A stretch of 64,000 nt of DNA from Vulcanimicrobiales bacterium (GCA_038231455.1 JBBRLI010000004.1:96001-160000); one strand, 5' to 3'. Shown: positions 1 through 10,718, counted from the stretch's first letter. The notes: generated from the sequence alone by a model not told the origin. A program made the numbers and translations.

Positions 1-223
1 CGAACATCTCGGGTCGCGGCGGACCCCCAAGGATCGAGAGACGTCCTGCGGTCGGGCGAGCGAGGCCGACGAGGCACTTGATCGTCGAGGTCTTGCCGGC
101 GCCGTTGGGGCCGAGCAATCCGCAGATCGAGCCTTCGGGCACGTCGAGTGTGAGCTGCGAGACGGCTTCGAAATCGCCGTAGCGTTTGGTGAATCCGTCG
201 ATTGCGATGGGGCCGGTCATCAT
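1..223 (-). CDS. ABC transporter ATP-binding protein (runs off window edge)
   Basis: Minus-strand translation MMTGPIAIDGFTKRYGDFEAVSQLTLDVPEGSICGLLGPNGAGKTS contains a Walker A. ATGA overlap with the GntR stop codon. Confidence 0.9.
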   Translation of the reverse strand, partial: MMTGPIAIDGFTKRYGDFEAVSQLTLDVPEGSICGLLGPNGAGKTSTIKCLVGLARPTAGRLSILGGPPRPEMF

Positions 224-624
224 TCGTTCTCCGTCGGGTACCAGCGTGCGACGAGCGTCGCGATCAGTGCGGTCAATTCTGGTCGCGAGACGCCGATCGA
301 GCGGGCGTCGCGGATGGCGGCTTCGAGGGCGCCGGCGGCAACGTCGGCGAGTGCGCGGCGCGCCAGCGGTGCTGCACCGTCGCGGTTTTTCACAAATGAT
401 CCGCGGCCGGGGCTGGTCTCGATCACTTCTTCGCGTTCGAGATCGCGGTAAGCACGGGCCACCGTGTTGGGATTGACGGTGAGTTCGAGGGCGAGCGCCT
501 TCACCGTGGGGAGACGTTCGCCAGGGGCGAGCGCACCGACGGCGACCGATCGCTTCACTTGATCGATCAGCTGGACGTAGATCGGGACGCCGCTGCGCGT
601 GTCGATATTCAAGTTCACGGGCAC
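220..624 (-). CDS. GntR family (YtrA-like) transcriptional regulator
   Basis: PIYVQL...LAPGERLPTVKALALELTVNPNTVARAYRDLE wHTH, short protein, precedes an ABC ATPase. GTG start at 624 or 618 is uncertain. Confidence 0.9.
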   Translation of the reverse strand: MPVNLNIDTRSGVPIYVQLIDQVKRSVAVGALAPGERLPTVKALALELTVNPNTVARAYRDLEREEVIETSPGRGSFVKNRDGAAPLARRALADVAAGALEAAIRDARSIGVSRPELTALIATLVARWYPTENE

Positions 625-762
625 CAAATTAGAACTTCGGGCCCCAGCCGCCAAACATGCGGACATCGGCCGTCGGACGGGCGAGCGAACGACGTTCGTT
701 CGTCTCGGGGATGGCGATCGGGCGGGGGCGATTCACGCGGACAGTCATTGCTGTGTTCTTTC

Positions 763-798
763 TGCGCTATTGAACTAGCACATTAGTACAATAGCACA
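763..798. promoter_or_regulatory. Probable YtrA/GntR operator (imperfect inverted repeat)
   Basis: TGCGCTATTGAACTA-N6-TAGTACAATAGCACA (13/15 inverted match) with a TAGTACA half-site. AT-rich island upstream of the gntR-ABC operon. Confidence 0.65.
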
Positions 799-850
799 TT
801 AGAACGGCGTGTCAAGGGGGTCGCCCAAGCTTGTTCAAATTCTCCCGGCC

Positions 851-1345
851 ATGCGACCGAAGCGTATCGAGCCGGGTCCGGGGCAAGAATCGGTCTGGGA
901 TTACCCGCGCCCGCCGGCGATCGAGGCCAATCGCAAGTCGCTCCGGGTCGAGTTCGCCGGGAAGATCGTCGCGCAAAGCAGCGGCGGCTACCGGGTGCTC
1001 GAAACGAGCCACCCGCCCGTGTTCTATCTTCCGCCCGAAGACTGCGATTTAAGCGTGCTCCGGCGCGGCGCGGCGACGACGTTTTGCGAATTCAAAGGCG
1101 TCGCGAACTATTACGATCTCGTGGTAGGCGATCGGATCTCGCGCGATGCAGGCTGGTTTTACGCGCATCCCTCCGCGCGGTTCGCTGCGCTCGTCAATCA
1201 CGTCGCGTTCTATGCCACGCGCGTCGATGCGTGCTATGTCTACGACGAACGGATCGAGCCACAACCGGGTGATTTCTACGGCGGCTGGATCACGAGGAAC
1301 GTGGTCGGCCCGTTCAAAGGCGCGAGTGGAACGTGGGGATGGTAG
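851..1345 (+). CDS. DUF427 domain protein
   Basis: ESVWDYPRPP, LETSHPPVFYLP, TFCEFKG and FYGGWIT motifs. Confidence 0.85.
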   Translation: MRPKRIEPGPGQESVWDYPRPPAIEANRKSLRVEFAGKIVAQSSGGYRVLETSHPPVFYLPPEDCDLSVLRRGAATTFCEFKGVANYYDLVVGDRISRDAGWFYAHPSARFAALVNHVAFYATRVDACYVYDERIEPQPGDFYGGWITRNVVGPFKGASGTWGW

Positions 1346-2790
1346 ACGGCGCGCCGCAGGGACTCTTTCGCGGTCCGCTATCGCTGCGGATCAAAGGTGA
1401 ATGGACGCTGCTTGCGATTTGCATCATCCTCGTGGCCGCCGTCGTTCCGGGCGCTGCGCGGCTGATCGGCAACTCATTTGCGATCCAGGAATTCGCGCTG
1501 ATCATCATCGGCGGCATGCTGCTCATCTCACTTGGGCGCGGTCGATTACTCGGCTCGAGTATCCGCGTACAAGAAAAGCAGTTCGGCGACATCGCCGAAC
1601 TCGTTGCCGACTGCGCGCGAATCCTGGGTGTTTCGATGCCGCAGGTCTTCGTGCGCGACGACCCCTTCGTGCCGCTGGTCGCGATCGGCATCGGCGAACC
1701 GTACGCGCTGATCATCTCCGCCCAGTGGGTCGGTCATCTCAAACCGCAGGAGCTGCGCTTTCTCGTTGGGCGCGAACTCGCGCACATCGCAGCGGGGCAT
1801 ACACGACTCACCTCGCTGCTCAGCACGAACGGTCGCGAAAATCCGCTGGTCGCGTTCGCCTTCGGTGCATGGCTCCGGCGCGTCGAATACACCGCCGATC
1901 GGGTCGGCTTACTGTGCTGCAATACGCTCGAAGAAGCATACAACGCGATCGCCGTCTCGGCGTTCCACTCACTTGGCAGAACGATCGATCACCGCGCCTT
2001 CGCCGAACAGCGCGCATCGATCCAAAGCGATCAGACACTGCGGATGGGCGAATGGCTGAGCGCAACTCCGTATGCAACGAATCGTATGCACGCGCTCGCC
2101 GCGTTTACCGCACATCCGCTCTATGCCGCATGGCGTCCGCGATTTGAAAGCGGTCATCCCGTCGTCGCTCGGTCTAGCGCCGATCGCAGCGGCGGTGTGC
2201 CGATTAAAGCGTTCGCGAGTTTTCCGCGTCGTCTTTCGGCACTCGTGATCGATAGCACGCTCGTCTCGATCATTTTTTCAAAAGCGGCTGCGATCAAAGC
2301 CGATTTCAGCGAATCCGCCGTTACCGTCGCACCGAACGCGGCGAAAGCCGTAAAAAAACTCAGCGAGCTCGCTCAAAAAACGACCGACCCGGATGCAAAA
2401 GCCGGCATTGAAGCCGCACAGCATGCGATCTCGCAACTACCCGTAAGCGCGACACCCTTTTTGACACTTCCGCACGTGACGATCAGTCCGGGGTATTTCT
2501 TTCTCTTCGCGTATGTCATCATTTTTGTTGCCGTCGCGGGTCAAACATTCGGAATGATGGTGATGGACTTACGCGTCCTCACCGAGCGTTTTTCTCGCGT
2601 CGGCCTTGGTCGCGCAATCGCGCGCTACGTCATCGGCGTTCTAACGTTCGCGTTTGTCTACGGATTCGTGCGCGTGTTCTCGCGCATACAGCCGTTCGAG
2701 AAAATCAGCGGCACCCGACTCGTGCAAGGAAACGCGGTCCCGCAATCGACGCTACCGTCCCTTAGCGAACCCCAACCGCAACGCGCGTAG
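1333..2790 (+). CDS. M48-like metallopeptidase fused to a C-terminal RDD domain
   Basis: ELRFLVGRELAH...EYTADR is M48-like. FPRRLSALVID...GQTFGMMVMDLRV is an RDD signature. Confidence 0.7.
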   Translation: MGMVDGAPQGLFRGPLSLRIKGEWTLLAICIILVAAVVPGAARLIGNSFAIQEFALIIIGGMLLISLGRGRLLGSSIRVQEKQFGDIAELVADCARILGVSMPQVFVRDDPFVPLVAIGIGEPYALIISAQWVGHLKPQELRFLVGRELAHIAAGHTRLTSLLSTNGRENPLVAFAFGAWLRRVEYTADRVGLLCCNTLEEAYNAIAVSAFHSLGRTIDHRAFAEQRASIQSDQTLRMGEWLSATPYATNRMHALAAFTAHPLYAAWRPRFESGHPVVARSSADRSGGVPIKAFASFPRRLSALVIDSTLVSIIFSKAAAIKADFSESAVTVAPNAAKAVKKLSELAQKTTDPDAKAGIEAAQHAISQLPVSATPFLTLPHVTISPGYFFLFAYVIIFVAVAGQTFGMMVMDLRVLTERFSRVGLGRAIARYVIGVLTFAFVYGFVRVFSRIQPFEKISGTRLVQGNAVPQSTLPSLSEPQPQRA

Positions 2791-3682
2791 AAGAAGCGGG
2801 GGTTGTCGCCGCAACGACGGCGTGCGAACCGTGGCGACGCGCCCAGACCTTCGTAAGCTCCGCACCTAAGAGCAACACGAGCGCGGAGTAATAAGCCCAG
2901 AGTAAGATGACGAGGACCGAACCCGCGGCGCCATAGTTCGAAGTGACGCCACTCTTCCCAAGATAGAGTGAGAGCGCAATCTGACCGATCTCGAAGAGCA
3001 CGGCGGTCGCGATGCCACCGAACCACACGTCGCGCCACGCGATCTTCGCGTTGGGCAAGTAGCGAAGGATCATCGCGAAGAGCAGGCTCAGAACGACGAC
3101 GGAGAGGAGGGTGTTCGCAAACCCAAGGATGAGCCCCATGCCGGGGAACGGCAAGAGCGCGCTCAGATGCGTCGAGACGAAAGCGAGTGCGGCGCTTGCA
3201 AGGAAGCTCGCAAGCATCACAACGCCGATCCCGATTACCATCAGGATCGCCATCAATTTATTTTTGATGATTTCGCCGATGTTACCGTGCGGCGGCTCGA
3301 CATTCCACACCGTATTGAGCGCACTCTCGAGCGCGGCAAAAACCCCGGATGCGCCCAGGAGTACCAGCACCCAACCGACGATGCTCGCAAGCAATCCGTG
3401 ATGCTGTTTATAGCTGCCGACGATCATCCCGTTGACCGTCGCACCTGCGTCGCGGCCCATTGCCGCGGAGATCTGGGCGACGATCTTCTCTTGCACGATA
3501 TGATGGCCGTGGCCACCGTTTGACAGGCCGAAATACCAGCCGGCAATCGCAATCGCGATGATAATCAGCGGTGCGATCGCGAAAATCGCCGAGTACGCAA
3601 TCGCAGCTGCCAGCCGCGGCGACTTATCGGTCGTAAATTCGGTCCACGTTTCCTTGCCAAGAGCAAGCATATCGACGCTCAT
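2762..3682 (-). CDS. YihY/virulence factor BrkB family membrane protein
   Basis: AAAIAYSAIFAIAP, ALNTVW and YGAAGSVLVILLWAYYS motifs; multiple TM segments. Confidence 0.9.
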   Translation of the reverse strand: MSVDMLALGKETWTEFTTDKSPRLAAAIAYSAIFAIAPLIIIAIAIAGWYFGLSNGGHGHHIVQEKIVAQISAAMGRDAGATVNGMIVGSYKQHHGLLASIVGWVLVLLGASGVFAALESALNTVWNVEPPHGNIGEIIKNKLMAILMVIGIGVVMLASFLASAALAFVSTHLSALLPFPGMGLILGFANTLLSVVVLSLLFAMILRYLPNAKIAWRDVWFGGIATAVLFEIGQIALSLYLGKSGVTSNYGAAGSVLVILLWAYYSALVLLLGAELTKVWARRHGSHAVVAATTPASSTRVAVGVR

Positions 3683-3785
3683 GCTGCGTTGTTCCCCATT
3701 TCGAGCCGTCTCCACACGCGGCAAGATCGGGTTTGCAGGCATGATGCTCGCGGTACAAGATAACCTCACCCTCGTGGAGCACTCC

Positions 3786-4340
3786 ATGACCGATCACAGC
3801 GCCTCTCTCACGGTCGCCGCACCCATTCACCAGGTGTACGGGCTCTTCGGACGTTTCGGTGACTATCCGAAATTCTTGACGTACGTCAAAGACGTGCAGT
3901 TCGTCAACGAGCAGACAACGCGCTGGGTTGCTGATATCGCCGGACGCCACGAGTGGACGGCCGCAAACGACAACTGGATCCCTGACCGTCAGATCGGATG
4001 GCAATCGACCGATGGTTTTCGGAACTCCGGTCGCATCGAACTTCTCGCACTCCGCGCGGACCAGACGCAGGTGAAGGTCACGATTTCCTACGATCCGCCC
4101 GCCGGGCCGATCGGCATGGCGGGCGAGGTGCTTGGCATCGGCGCGACGTTCGAGTCTGCGCTGCAGCGCGATCTCGACGCTTTTGCAGCGAAGGTTGCGG
4201 CCGCGCCAAGTGGCGGGCTCGATCCGAACTCCTCGGCGTACGTATTAAGCAACGATCGTACCACGACCGAGCCACCGGGTCTTACCGAGGTCGTACCGGT
4301 TGTGCCGGGCACATCGCGCGCATCGCGCGACGCTTTGTAA
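3786..4340 (+). CDS. SRPBCC/polyketide cyclase family protein
   Basis: YPKFLTYVKDV...PDRQIGWQS...ISYDPPAG. Confidence 0.85.
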   Translation: MTDHSASLTVAAPIHQVYGLFGRFGDYPKFLTYVKDVQFVNEQTTRWVADIAGRHEWTAANDNWIPDRQIGWQSTDGFRNSGRIELLALRADQTQVKVTISYDPPAGPIGMAGEVLGIGATFESALQRDLDAFAAKVAAAPSGGLDPNSSAYVLSNDRTTTEPPGLTEVVPVVPGTSRASRDAL

Positions 4341-4391
4341 CCAAAAAGAAACCAGGGGCGGGCCTCTCACCGTAGGGAAGAAGGCAGGCCA

Positions 4392-6746
4392 ATGCTTGAT
4401 ACCGCGGATTTGGCGACGGTGGTTTTTGCGGAGCATCCGCGACCGATGTGGGTGTACGACCCGCAGACGCTTCGCTTTGTTACGGTTAACGAAGCCGCGA
4501 TTCAAGCATATGGATACAGCGCTGAGGAATTCGCGCGCATGACGATCGCCGATCTTTCGGCGACACCCGATTCGCGCTCAAACGGTCCGTGGAAACACCG
4601 CATTGCCTCGGGCGAGACGATCGATGTCGAGATCTCAAGTCGTACCGTTCAGCTCGACGGTCGCACGCTGCGGCTGGTCGAGGCGCGCGACATCACGCGC
4701 CGCGTCCGCCACGAACGCGAGCTGCTCGAAAGCCAATCGCGCGCGCAAATCGTCCTCTCCCAAATCCCCGCGCTGATCTGGACGACCGACCTCGACCTGA
4801 GGTACACCTCGATCGCCGGCAACGTCTTAAATGAAATCAATCCCGATTTCGAACGCTCGACGCTCGGACGCGCACTACTCGACGTCTTCAATAGCGCAAC
4901 GGAGCGCGAAGCCATGGTTTTGGCCGCGCACGAGCGGGCGCGAGCCGGCGAACGCGTTACCTTCGAGGGTCAGTGGTTCAAGCGTTATTTCGAGGCCGCC
5001 GTCGAGCCATTGCGCGATCGCGAGGGATCGATCGTCGGAACGATCGGGATGGCGATGGACGTCACCTCGCGTCAACGTGTCGTGCGAGAGCTCGAAGAGC
5101 GGCGCGGCGAACTGAGTAAAGCGCAAGAGATCGCGCATCTCGGGAGTTACAGCTCCGCGATCGACAACGACCAAGACACGTATTGGTCACCCGAACTGTA
5201 CCGCATTCTGGGCGTCAAGCCAAACGACAGCAACGCTTCGCGCACGCTCTTCCGATACGATCATCCCGAAGATGTCATCCTGGTTCGGGAAGCGTACGAG
5301 CGCGCGATTGCAAAACTCACGACCTTCGAACTCGAACATCGCATCATCCGGCGCGACGGAGAGATCCGGTTCGTCCGCGAGAAGGGCGAGTTTGTCGTCG
5401 TCGGCGGGAAACCCGTGCGCATCGTCGGCACGTTGCTCGATATCACCGATCAAAAACTCGCGGAAGAACGGCTCGCGCACCTCGCGCAATACGATGCGCT
5501 CACCGACCTGCCGAATCGCTCGTTGCTCGGTGACCGACTCGTTCAAGCGCTCTCGCGCGCCAATCGCCGCAACAAACTCGTCGCGGTGCTCTTCCTCGAC
5601 GTCGACCGCTTCAAATCGATCAACGATTCACTGGGCCACCTCGTCGGCGACGAGTTGCTCGTCCAACTCGCCGAACGGCTCGCCGATCTGATGCGCGACG
5701 AAGATACGATCGCGCGACCGGGCGGCGATGAATTCGTCGTGGTTTTGAGCGATATTGCCGACGAGCAAACGGCGCGGGACCTTGCAACGCGGATCCAACG
5801 CTCGCTCGCGCGTCCGATGGAACTGAAATCCGGGACGCAGTTCGTTTCGTGCAGTATTGGGATCGCGCTCTACCCGAACGACGGCCGCACGCCCGACGAG
5901 CTTTTGCGCGCAGCGGATGCAGCGATGTACAAAGCCAAACGGCGCGGCGGCGGTAACTATCAGTTCTACACCTCCGCTCTGCACGAGTCGGCGGTGCGTG
6001 CGCTCGAACTCGAAAACGCCCTACGCTCGGCGATCGATCGCGGCGACCTGCGCGTTCACTACCAGCCGATCTACCGGATCGACGATCCGAGCGCACCATG
6101 CAATTTCGAAGCGCTCGTGCGCTGGAACCGTGATGGGACGACGATCAGCGCCGCCGAATTCATCCCGCTTGCAGAAGAAACGGGCCTCGTGCATCCGATC
6201 GGTGAGTTTGTTCTCGACACGGTCTGCACGCAAATCGCCGCTTGGACGCGTGCGGGTCGCGCCTTCGATCGCGTGGCCGTCAATCTTTCGGCGCGACAGC
6301 TTCGCGATCGCGAGTTCGGCGAGCGTATCGAGCGCCTACTTCAAGAACGCGCGATCGATCCGCGCCGCCTTGAGTTCGAACTCACGGAGTCGACGCTCCT
6401 GGAGGGCGGCGCAACCGTGCTCTTCAACGTCGACCGACTGCGGTCGCTCGGCATTACGTTTGCAATCGATGACTTCGGCACCGGCTACTCGTCGCTTGCG
6501 TACCTGAAGTGGTTACCGATCGACAAGATCAAAATCGATCGTTCGTTCGTTACCGACCTGACGAGCGACCGTGCGAACCAGGCGATCGTCGAGGCGATCA
6601 TCCAAGTCGGGCACAAACTCGGCAAGACGATCGTAGCGGAAGGCATCGAATCCGCCGCCGAACTCGGAGCACTCGCCGCAATGGCATGCGACCACGCCCA
6701 AGGGTATCACCTCGGGCGTCCGGTCAGCGCTCCGTTCGGCGACTAA
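4392..6746 (+). CDS. PAS-domain diguanylate cyclase/phosphodiesterase (PAS x3-GGDEF-EAL)
   Basis: YDALTDLPNR, GGDEF, FEALVRW and IDDFGTGYSSL all intact. Confidence 0.95.
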   Translation: MLDTADLATVVFAEHPRPMWVYDPQTLRFVTVNEAAIQAYGYSAEEFARMTIADLSATPDSRSNGPWKHRIASGETIDVEISSRTVQLDGRTLRLVEARDITRRVRHERELLESQSRAQIVLSQIPALIWTTDLDLRYTSIAGNVLNEINPDFERSTLGRALLDVFNSATEREAMVLAAHERARAGERVTFEGQWFKRYFEAAVEPLRDREGSIVGTIGMAMDVTSRQRVVRELEERRGELSKAQEIAHLGSYSSAIDNDQDTYWSPELYRILGVKPNDSNASRTLFRYDHPEDVILVREAYERAIAKLTTFELEHRIIRRDGEIRFVREKGEFVVVGGKPVRIVGTLLDITDQKLAEERLAHLAQYDALTDLPNRSLLGDRLVQALSRANRRNKLVAVLFLDVDRFKSINDSLGHLVGDELLVQLAERLADLMRDEDTIARPGGDEFVVVLSDIADEQTARDLATRIQRSLARPMELKSGTQFVSCSIGIALYPNDGRTPDELLRAADAAMYKAKRRGGGNYQFYTSALHESAVRALELENALRSAIDRGDLRVHYQPIYRIDDPSAPCNFEALVRWNRDGTTISAAEFIPLAEETGLVHPIGEFVLDTVCTQIAAWTRAGRAFDRVAVNLSARQLRDREFGERIERLLQERAIDPRRLEFELTESTLLEGGATVLFNVDRLRSLGITFAIDDFGTGYSSLAYLKWLPIDKIKIDRSFVTDLTSDRANQAIVEAIIQVGHKLGKTIVAEGIESAAELGALAAMACDHAQGYHLGRPVSAPFGD

Positions 6747-6895
6747 GCCTTCTTCGGGGCGATCTTCCCGTCGTCGTCTTCGGGATCGTTCTCATCGGTG
6801 TCGAGCACTTGGGTATGCGCCACGTCCTCACGGTCGCCGGGCGTTGGGTAGCGCTCTTCGGTAAGGTCGTCTTGGTAGAGATCTTTGCGTTCCAT
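6743..6895 (-). CDS. Possible small acidic protein (50 aa)
   Basis: MERKDLYQDDLTEERYPTPGDREDVAHTQVLDTDENDPEDDDGKIAPKKA fills the gap between the EAL gene and qor; purine-rich upstream sequence. Confidence 0.4.
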   Translation of the reverse strand: MERKDLYQDDLTEERYPTPGDREDVAHTQVLDTDENDPEDDDGKIAPKKA

Positions 6896-6967
6896 GATCG
6901 CATCGTACCCCGCTCCGCATCGCGCAAAGCAGCAACTCAACCGATCTTGTGCGTTGTCCTCGCATTC

Positions 6968-7933
6968 GTGAAAGCGATACGCGTCGAACGTACGGGCGGA
7001 CCCGACGTTCTCAACCTTACCGACATCGAGAAGCCAACGCCAAAAGCCGGCGAGGCGCTCATCAAGATGACCGCAATCGGTGTGAACTTCATCGATATCT
7101 ACATCCGCACCGGGTTGTATCCCGCACCGCTTCCGTATACGCCCGGCGGTGAAGCCGTTGGCGTGATCGAGTCGGTCGGCGAAAATGAGTATGGCCTTGC
7201 GATCGGCCACCGTGTCGCCTATATGGGGTCGGGTAGCGGCAGCTACGCAGAATACAACTGTGTGGCTCTGGACAAGCTCGTTCCCGTGCCGGACGGCGTC
7301 TCCGATCAAGTCGCCTGCGCCGCGATGCTCCAAGGCGTTACCGCTCAGTATCTCTCACACTCGACGTATCCGATCGAACGCGGCGACACGGTGGTCGTGC
7401 ATGCCGCCGCTGGCGGCGTCGGCAACCTGCTCGTCCAGTTCGCAAAAGCCCGCGGCGCGACCGTCGTCGCAACCGCCTCAACGCCGGAAAAACGTTCGCT
7501 TGCCGTTGCCGCCGGTGCGGACGCCGCGACCGATTACGACGGCTTCGTTGAGAAAGTCAAAGAAATTACCGGCGGTGAAGGCGCCGCGTGCGTGTACGAT
7601 TCCGTCGGCAAAACGACGTTCGATCACAGCATCAAAGCCCTGCGTCCGCGCGGGTTCATGGTGCTCTACGGCGCGGCCAGCGGCCCCGTCCCGGCAATCG
7701 AACCGCAGATGCTCGCCGGCGCGGGCTCGATCTATCTCACGCGCCCGACGGCGGTGCACTTTACGCGCACGCGCGCCGAATTGCTGCAACGCACACACGA
7801 GATCTTCGACCATATCGAAAAGAAAAGCATCAACGTGCGCATCGGCGCAACCTATCCGCTCGCGGATGCCGCCCGCGCGCACACCGACCTCAATGCGCGC
7901 GCGACAACCGGCAAGCTGATCTTACTCCCTTAA
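6968..7933 (+). CDS. qor: NADPH:quinone oxidoreductase (zeta-crystallin/MDR family)
   Basis: GVNFIDIY, HAAAGGVG and YDSVGKTTF motifs; GTG start. Confidence 0.9.
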   Translation: MKAIRVERTGGPDVLNLTDIEKPTPKAGEALIKMTAIGVNFIDIYIRTGLYPAPLPYTPGGEAVGVIESVGENEYGLAIGHRVAYMGSGSGSYAEYNCVALDKLVPVPDGVSDQVACAAMLQGVTAQYLSHSTYPIERGDTVVVHAAAGGVGNLLVQFAKARGATVVATASTPEKRSLAVAAGADAATDYDGFVEKVKEITGGEGAACVYDSVGKTTFDHSIKALRPRGFMVLYGAASGPVPAIEPQMLAGAGSIYLTRPTAVHFTRTRAELLQRTHEIFDHIEKKSINVRIGATYPLADAARAHTDLNARATTGKLILLP

Positions 7934-9384
7934 GGTGATTTGAGGTTCGCCGCGCCAAGGTCGAGCGCGGCGAACGGAATCACTTCGACGTCGCTGTACA
8001 CGGCACGAATGCCGGGCGCGAATTTCGCTGCATCGCCGACGAGCACCACAAAGGGCTTGTCGGCGATATATTTTTTCGAGAACGCGGCAATCGCCGCGGC
8101 GTCGATTGCATTCACGTGCGGGATGAACGTGCCGATATCGGCCAGCGGCACGCCGTTGAGCGCAAGGTCGCCGAACGTTCCGGCGATGCCGTCGATCGTC
8201 TCGATGCCGCGATAGAAGTCACCGGTGACCGTTGCCTTGCGCGGAGCGAGTTCCTCAGCCGGAACCGGCGTATCGGCAAGCGATGCGAGCGTATCGAGCA
8301 CGACCTTCGTGCCTTCGACCACTTTGGTGTGGTCGACGAGCGTTGCGGCCGTAAAGACGCCGGAATCTTTGCGCGCACCAAGACTCGCGCCCGCGCCGTA
8401 CGAGAGTCCGCGTTTGACGCGCACTTCCTGGTTGAGGCGACCGGAGAATCCGGAGAGCACCGCAGTCGAGACGACGCCCGCGTAGTAATTCGGATCGAGA
8501 CGCGCAACCGATGCGCGCCCGGCGACAATCGCCGTGCGACCGGCATCGGGTTTATCGATGATGATGACGCGCGAGCGCGCGGGCACGGGGGTCGAGACGG
8601 GCGCAGCGACGAGTGCCGTCGCCGGTTTCGTCCAGCCACCGAGCACGCGCGTGACGAGCGCGATCGCCGCATCCGGTGCAATGTCGCCGCCGATAACGAG
8701 TAAGGCGTTATCCGGACGATACGCGCTTGCGTGAAACGCGACGACGTCATCGCGCGTGAGGGCTTTGAGCGAGCTTGCCGTTCCGCTCAGCGGGTGCGCG
8801 TACGGTGATGCGCCGTACGCGACGCGGCCGGCAACGAGTCGCGCAAGCGAACTCGGCGAACTATAACCGAGCTGCAGATCGCTAATCGATTTCGTCCGCA
8901 CGCGCTCGACTTCGGCCGCCGCGAACGCCGGATGCAGCACGACATCGGCAAAGAGATCGAACGCCGCCGGAAACGTCGGTGTCGTCGCGCTCACGCTCAC
9001 AAGCGATGCATCGTAACCCGCACCCGCATTGAGCCGCGCGCCAAGCGCATCGACGGCTTGCGAGATGGCAAGCGCGCCGCGCGTTTTCGTGCCCGAGGTC
9101 AGGAGCGTCGAGGTCATGTTCGCAAGGCCGGCGTGCGCTTCGTCTTCCGACGAACCACCGCTACGCACGATGAGCTGTGCGGCGATGAGCGGCACGCTCT
9201 GGGCTTTTGGCTGCGATTTCACTTGGAAAGCGATAACGCGTAGGCCGTTGGGTAGCGTCGCTTCTTGCGCGGTCGGCAGCACGGCGGTGCGGACGGGTCC
9301 GGGCAGCGGCGGGGTTTGGACCTGTTGGGCGCTCACGGCCATCGGTAATCCTACGATCAAGAGAAGGGCGGCGATCGACTTCAC
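7930..9384 (-). CDS. M16 peptidase, non-catalytic subunit (exported)
   Basis: Signal peptide, LPNGLRV, RLNQEVRVKRGLSY; lacks HxxEH. Confidence 0.9.
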   Translation of the reverse strand: MKSIAALLLIVGLPMAVSAQQVQTPPLPGPVRTAVLPTAQEATLPNGLRVIAFQVKSQPKAQSVPLIAAQLIVRSGGSSEDEAHAGLANMTSTLLTSGTKTRGALAISQAVDALGARLNAGAGYDASLVSVSATTPTFPAAFDLFADVVLHPAFAAAEVERVRTKSISDLQLGYSSPSSLARLVAGRVAYGASPYAHPLSGTASSLKALTRDDVVAFHASAYRPDNALLVIGGDIAPDAAIALVTRVLGGWTKPATALVAAPVSTPVPARSRVIIIDKPDAGRTAIVAGRASVARLDPNYYAGVVSTAVLSGFSGRLNQEVRVKRGLSYGAGASLGARKDSGVFTAATLVDHTKVVEGTKVVLDTLASLADTPVPAEELAPRKATVTGDFYRGIETIDGIAGTFGDLALNGVPLADIGTFIPHVNAIDAAAIAAFSKKYIADKPFVVLVGDAAKFAPGIRAVYSDVEVIPFAALDLGAANLKSP

Positions 9385-10718
9385 TTCGGCAGATACTCCA
9401 CCACGGTGCGGTTGGTCGGCACGAAGTATTTCTTCGCGACGCGCGTGATGTCGGCGGGCGTGACCGCTTGCAGCTTCGCAAGATCGGAATTCACCAGCGC
9501 CGGGTCGCCGCGATAGACGACCGCACGCACGAGTGCAAGCGCAATGCCTTGATACGTCGCACGCGAACGCACGAGCGAACTTGCAATCTGCGTTTTGGCT
9601 TTGTCGAGTTCGGCTGCATCGACCGGCGTCGTCTGCAGATGTGCGATCTCCACGTCGAGCGAGGCGTGCGCGTCGCTGAGGGCTTTGCCTTTATTGAGGA
9701 TCGTGCGGAACGTGAAGAGTCCGGGCTGCTGGCGCGCATCGAAACCCGCGTACGCACCCGAGGCGAGCTGCTGATCGTACACCAGCGCCCGATAGAGGCG
9801 CGAACTCTTGCCTGCGCCGAGGATCGTCTCGATCACATCGAGGGCTTCTGCATCGGGGGCGCTTGCCGCCGGAACGTGATACGCATATTCGAGCGCGGGC
9901 AGCGGCACGTTGTTGCCGTGATAGGTGAAGCGCCGCTCTTCGGTTTGCTTGGGTTCCACCACGCTCACGCGCGGCACCGTGCCCGCGGGCTTCACGATCG
10001 GCCCGAAGTATTTGTCGATCCACGCGTTCGTCTGCGCCGGATCGAAATCGCCGACCACGACGAGCACGGCGTTGTCGGGACGATAGTACGTCGTATGGAA
10101 GGCGACGACATCATCGAGCGTGGCGGCGTGCAAGTTGTCGGGATCGCCGATCACGCCGCGCCGATAGGGATGCGTGGTGTACGCTTCGCGATCGACGAGT
10201 TCTCCGAGCATGCCGTACGGTTCGGCAAGCACGCTCTGGCCGTACTCACCGATCACGACCTCGCGCTCGGTCAGGAAGTTCGCTTGCGTTACGTTGAGTG
10301 AGGCAAGACGATCGGCTTCGGCCCACAGCAGCGTCTCGAGATAATTTGCCGGCACCACTTCGTAGTAATTCGTGATGTCTTCGGCGGTGAAGGCGTTGTT
10401 GTAACCGCCCACGTCTTCGGTCAGCCGGTCCATCGTCTCGGACTTGGTGTTGGCCGTGCCTTTGAACATCAGATGTTCGAAGAGATGGGCAAAGCCCGAG
10501 CGGCCCGGCGGATCGTCTTTGCCGCCGACGCGGTAGCCGACGTTGATCGCAACCGACGGCACGCGATGATCCTCGACCAGGAGCACGCGCAGGCCGTTGG
10601 GGAGGGTCCGGTCGGTAAAGCTAAGGGGGGCGAGAACGATCGCCGCCGCCGTTGGTAGGGTCGTCAGCGACATCCATCCGATTCCGAGAATGAGGGCAAA
10701 GAGCCGAGAAAGGCGCAT
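9381..10718 (-). CDS. M16 zinc peptidase, catalytic subunit (exported)
   Basis: GFAHLFEHLMFKGT inverzincin motif; signal peptide. Confidence 0.95.
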   Translation of the reverse strand: MRLSRLFALILGIGWMSLTTLPTAAAIVLAPLSFTDRTLPNGLRVLLVEDHRVPSVAINVGYRVGGKDDPPGRSGFAHLFEHLMFKGTANTKSETMDRLTEDVGGYNNAFTAEDITNYYEVVPANYLETLLWAEADRLASLNVTQANFLTEREVVIGEYGQSVLAEPYGMLGELVDREAYTTHPYRRGVIGDPDNLHAATLDDVVAFHTTYYRPDNAVLVVVGDFDPAQTNAWIDKYFGPIVKPAGTVPRVSVVEPKQTEERRFTYHGNNVPLPALEYAYHVPAASAPDAEALDVIETILGAGKSSRLYRALVYDQQLASGAYAGFDARQQPGLFTFRTILNKGKALSDAHASLDVEIAHLQTTPVDAAELDKAKTQIASSLVRSRATYQGIALALVRAVVYRGDPALVNSDLAKLQAVTPADITRVAKKYFVPTNRTVVEYLPK

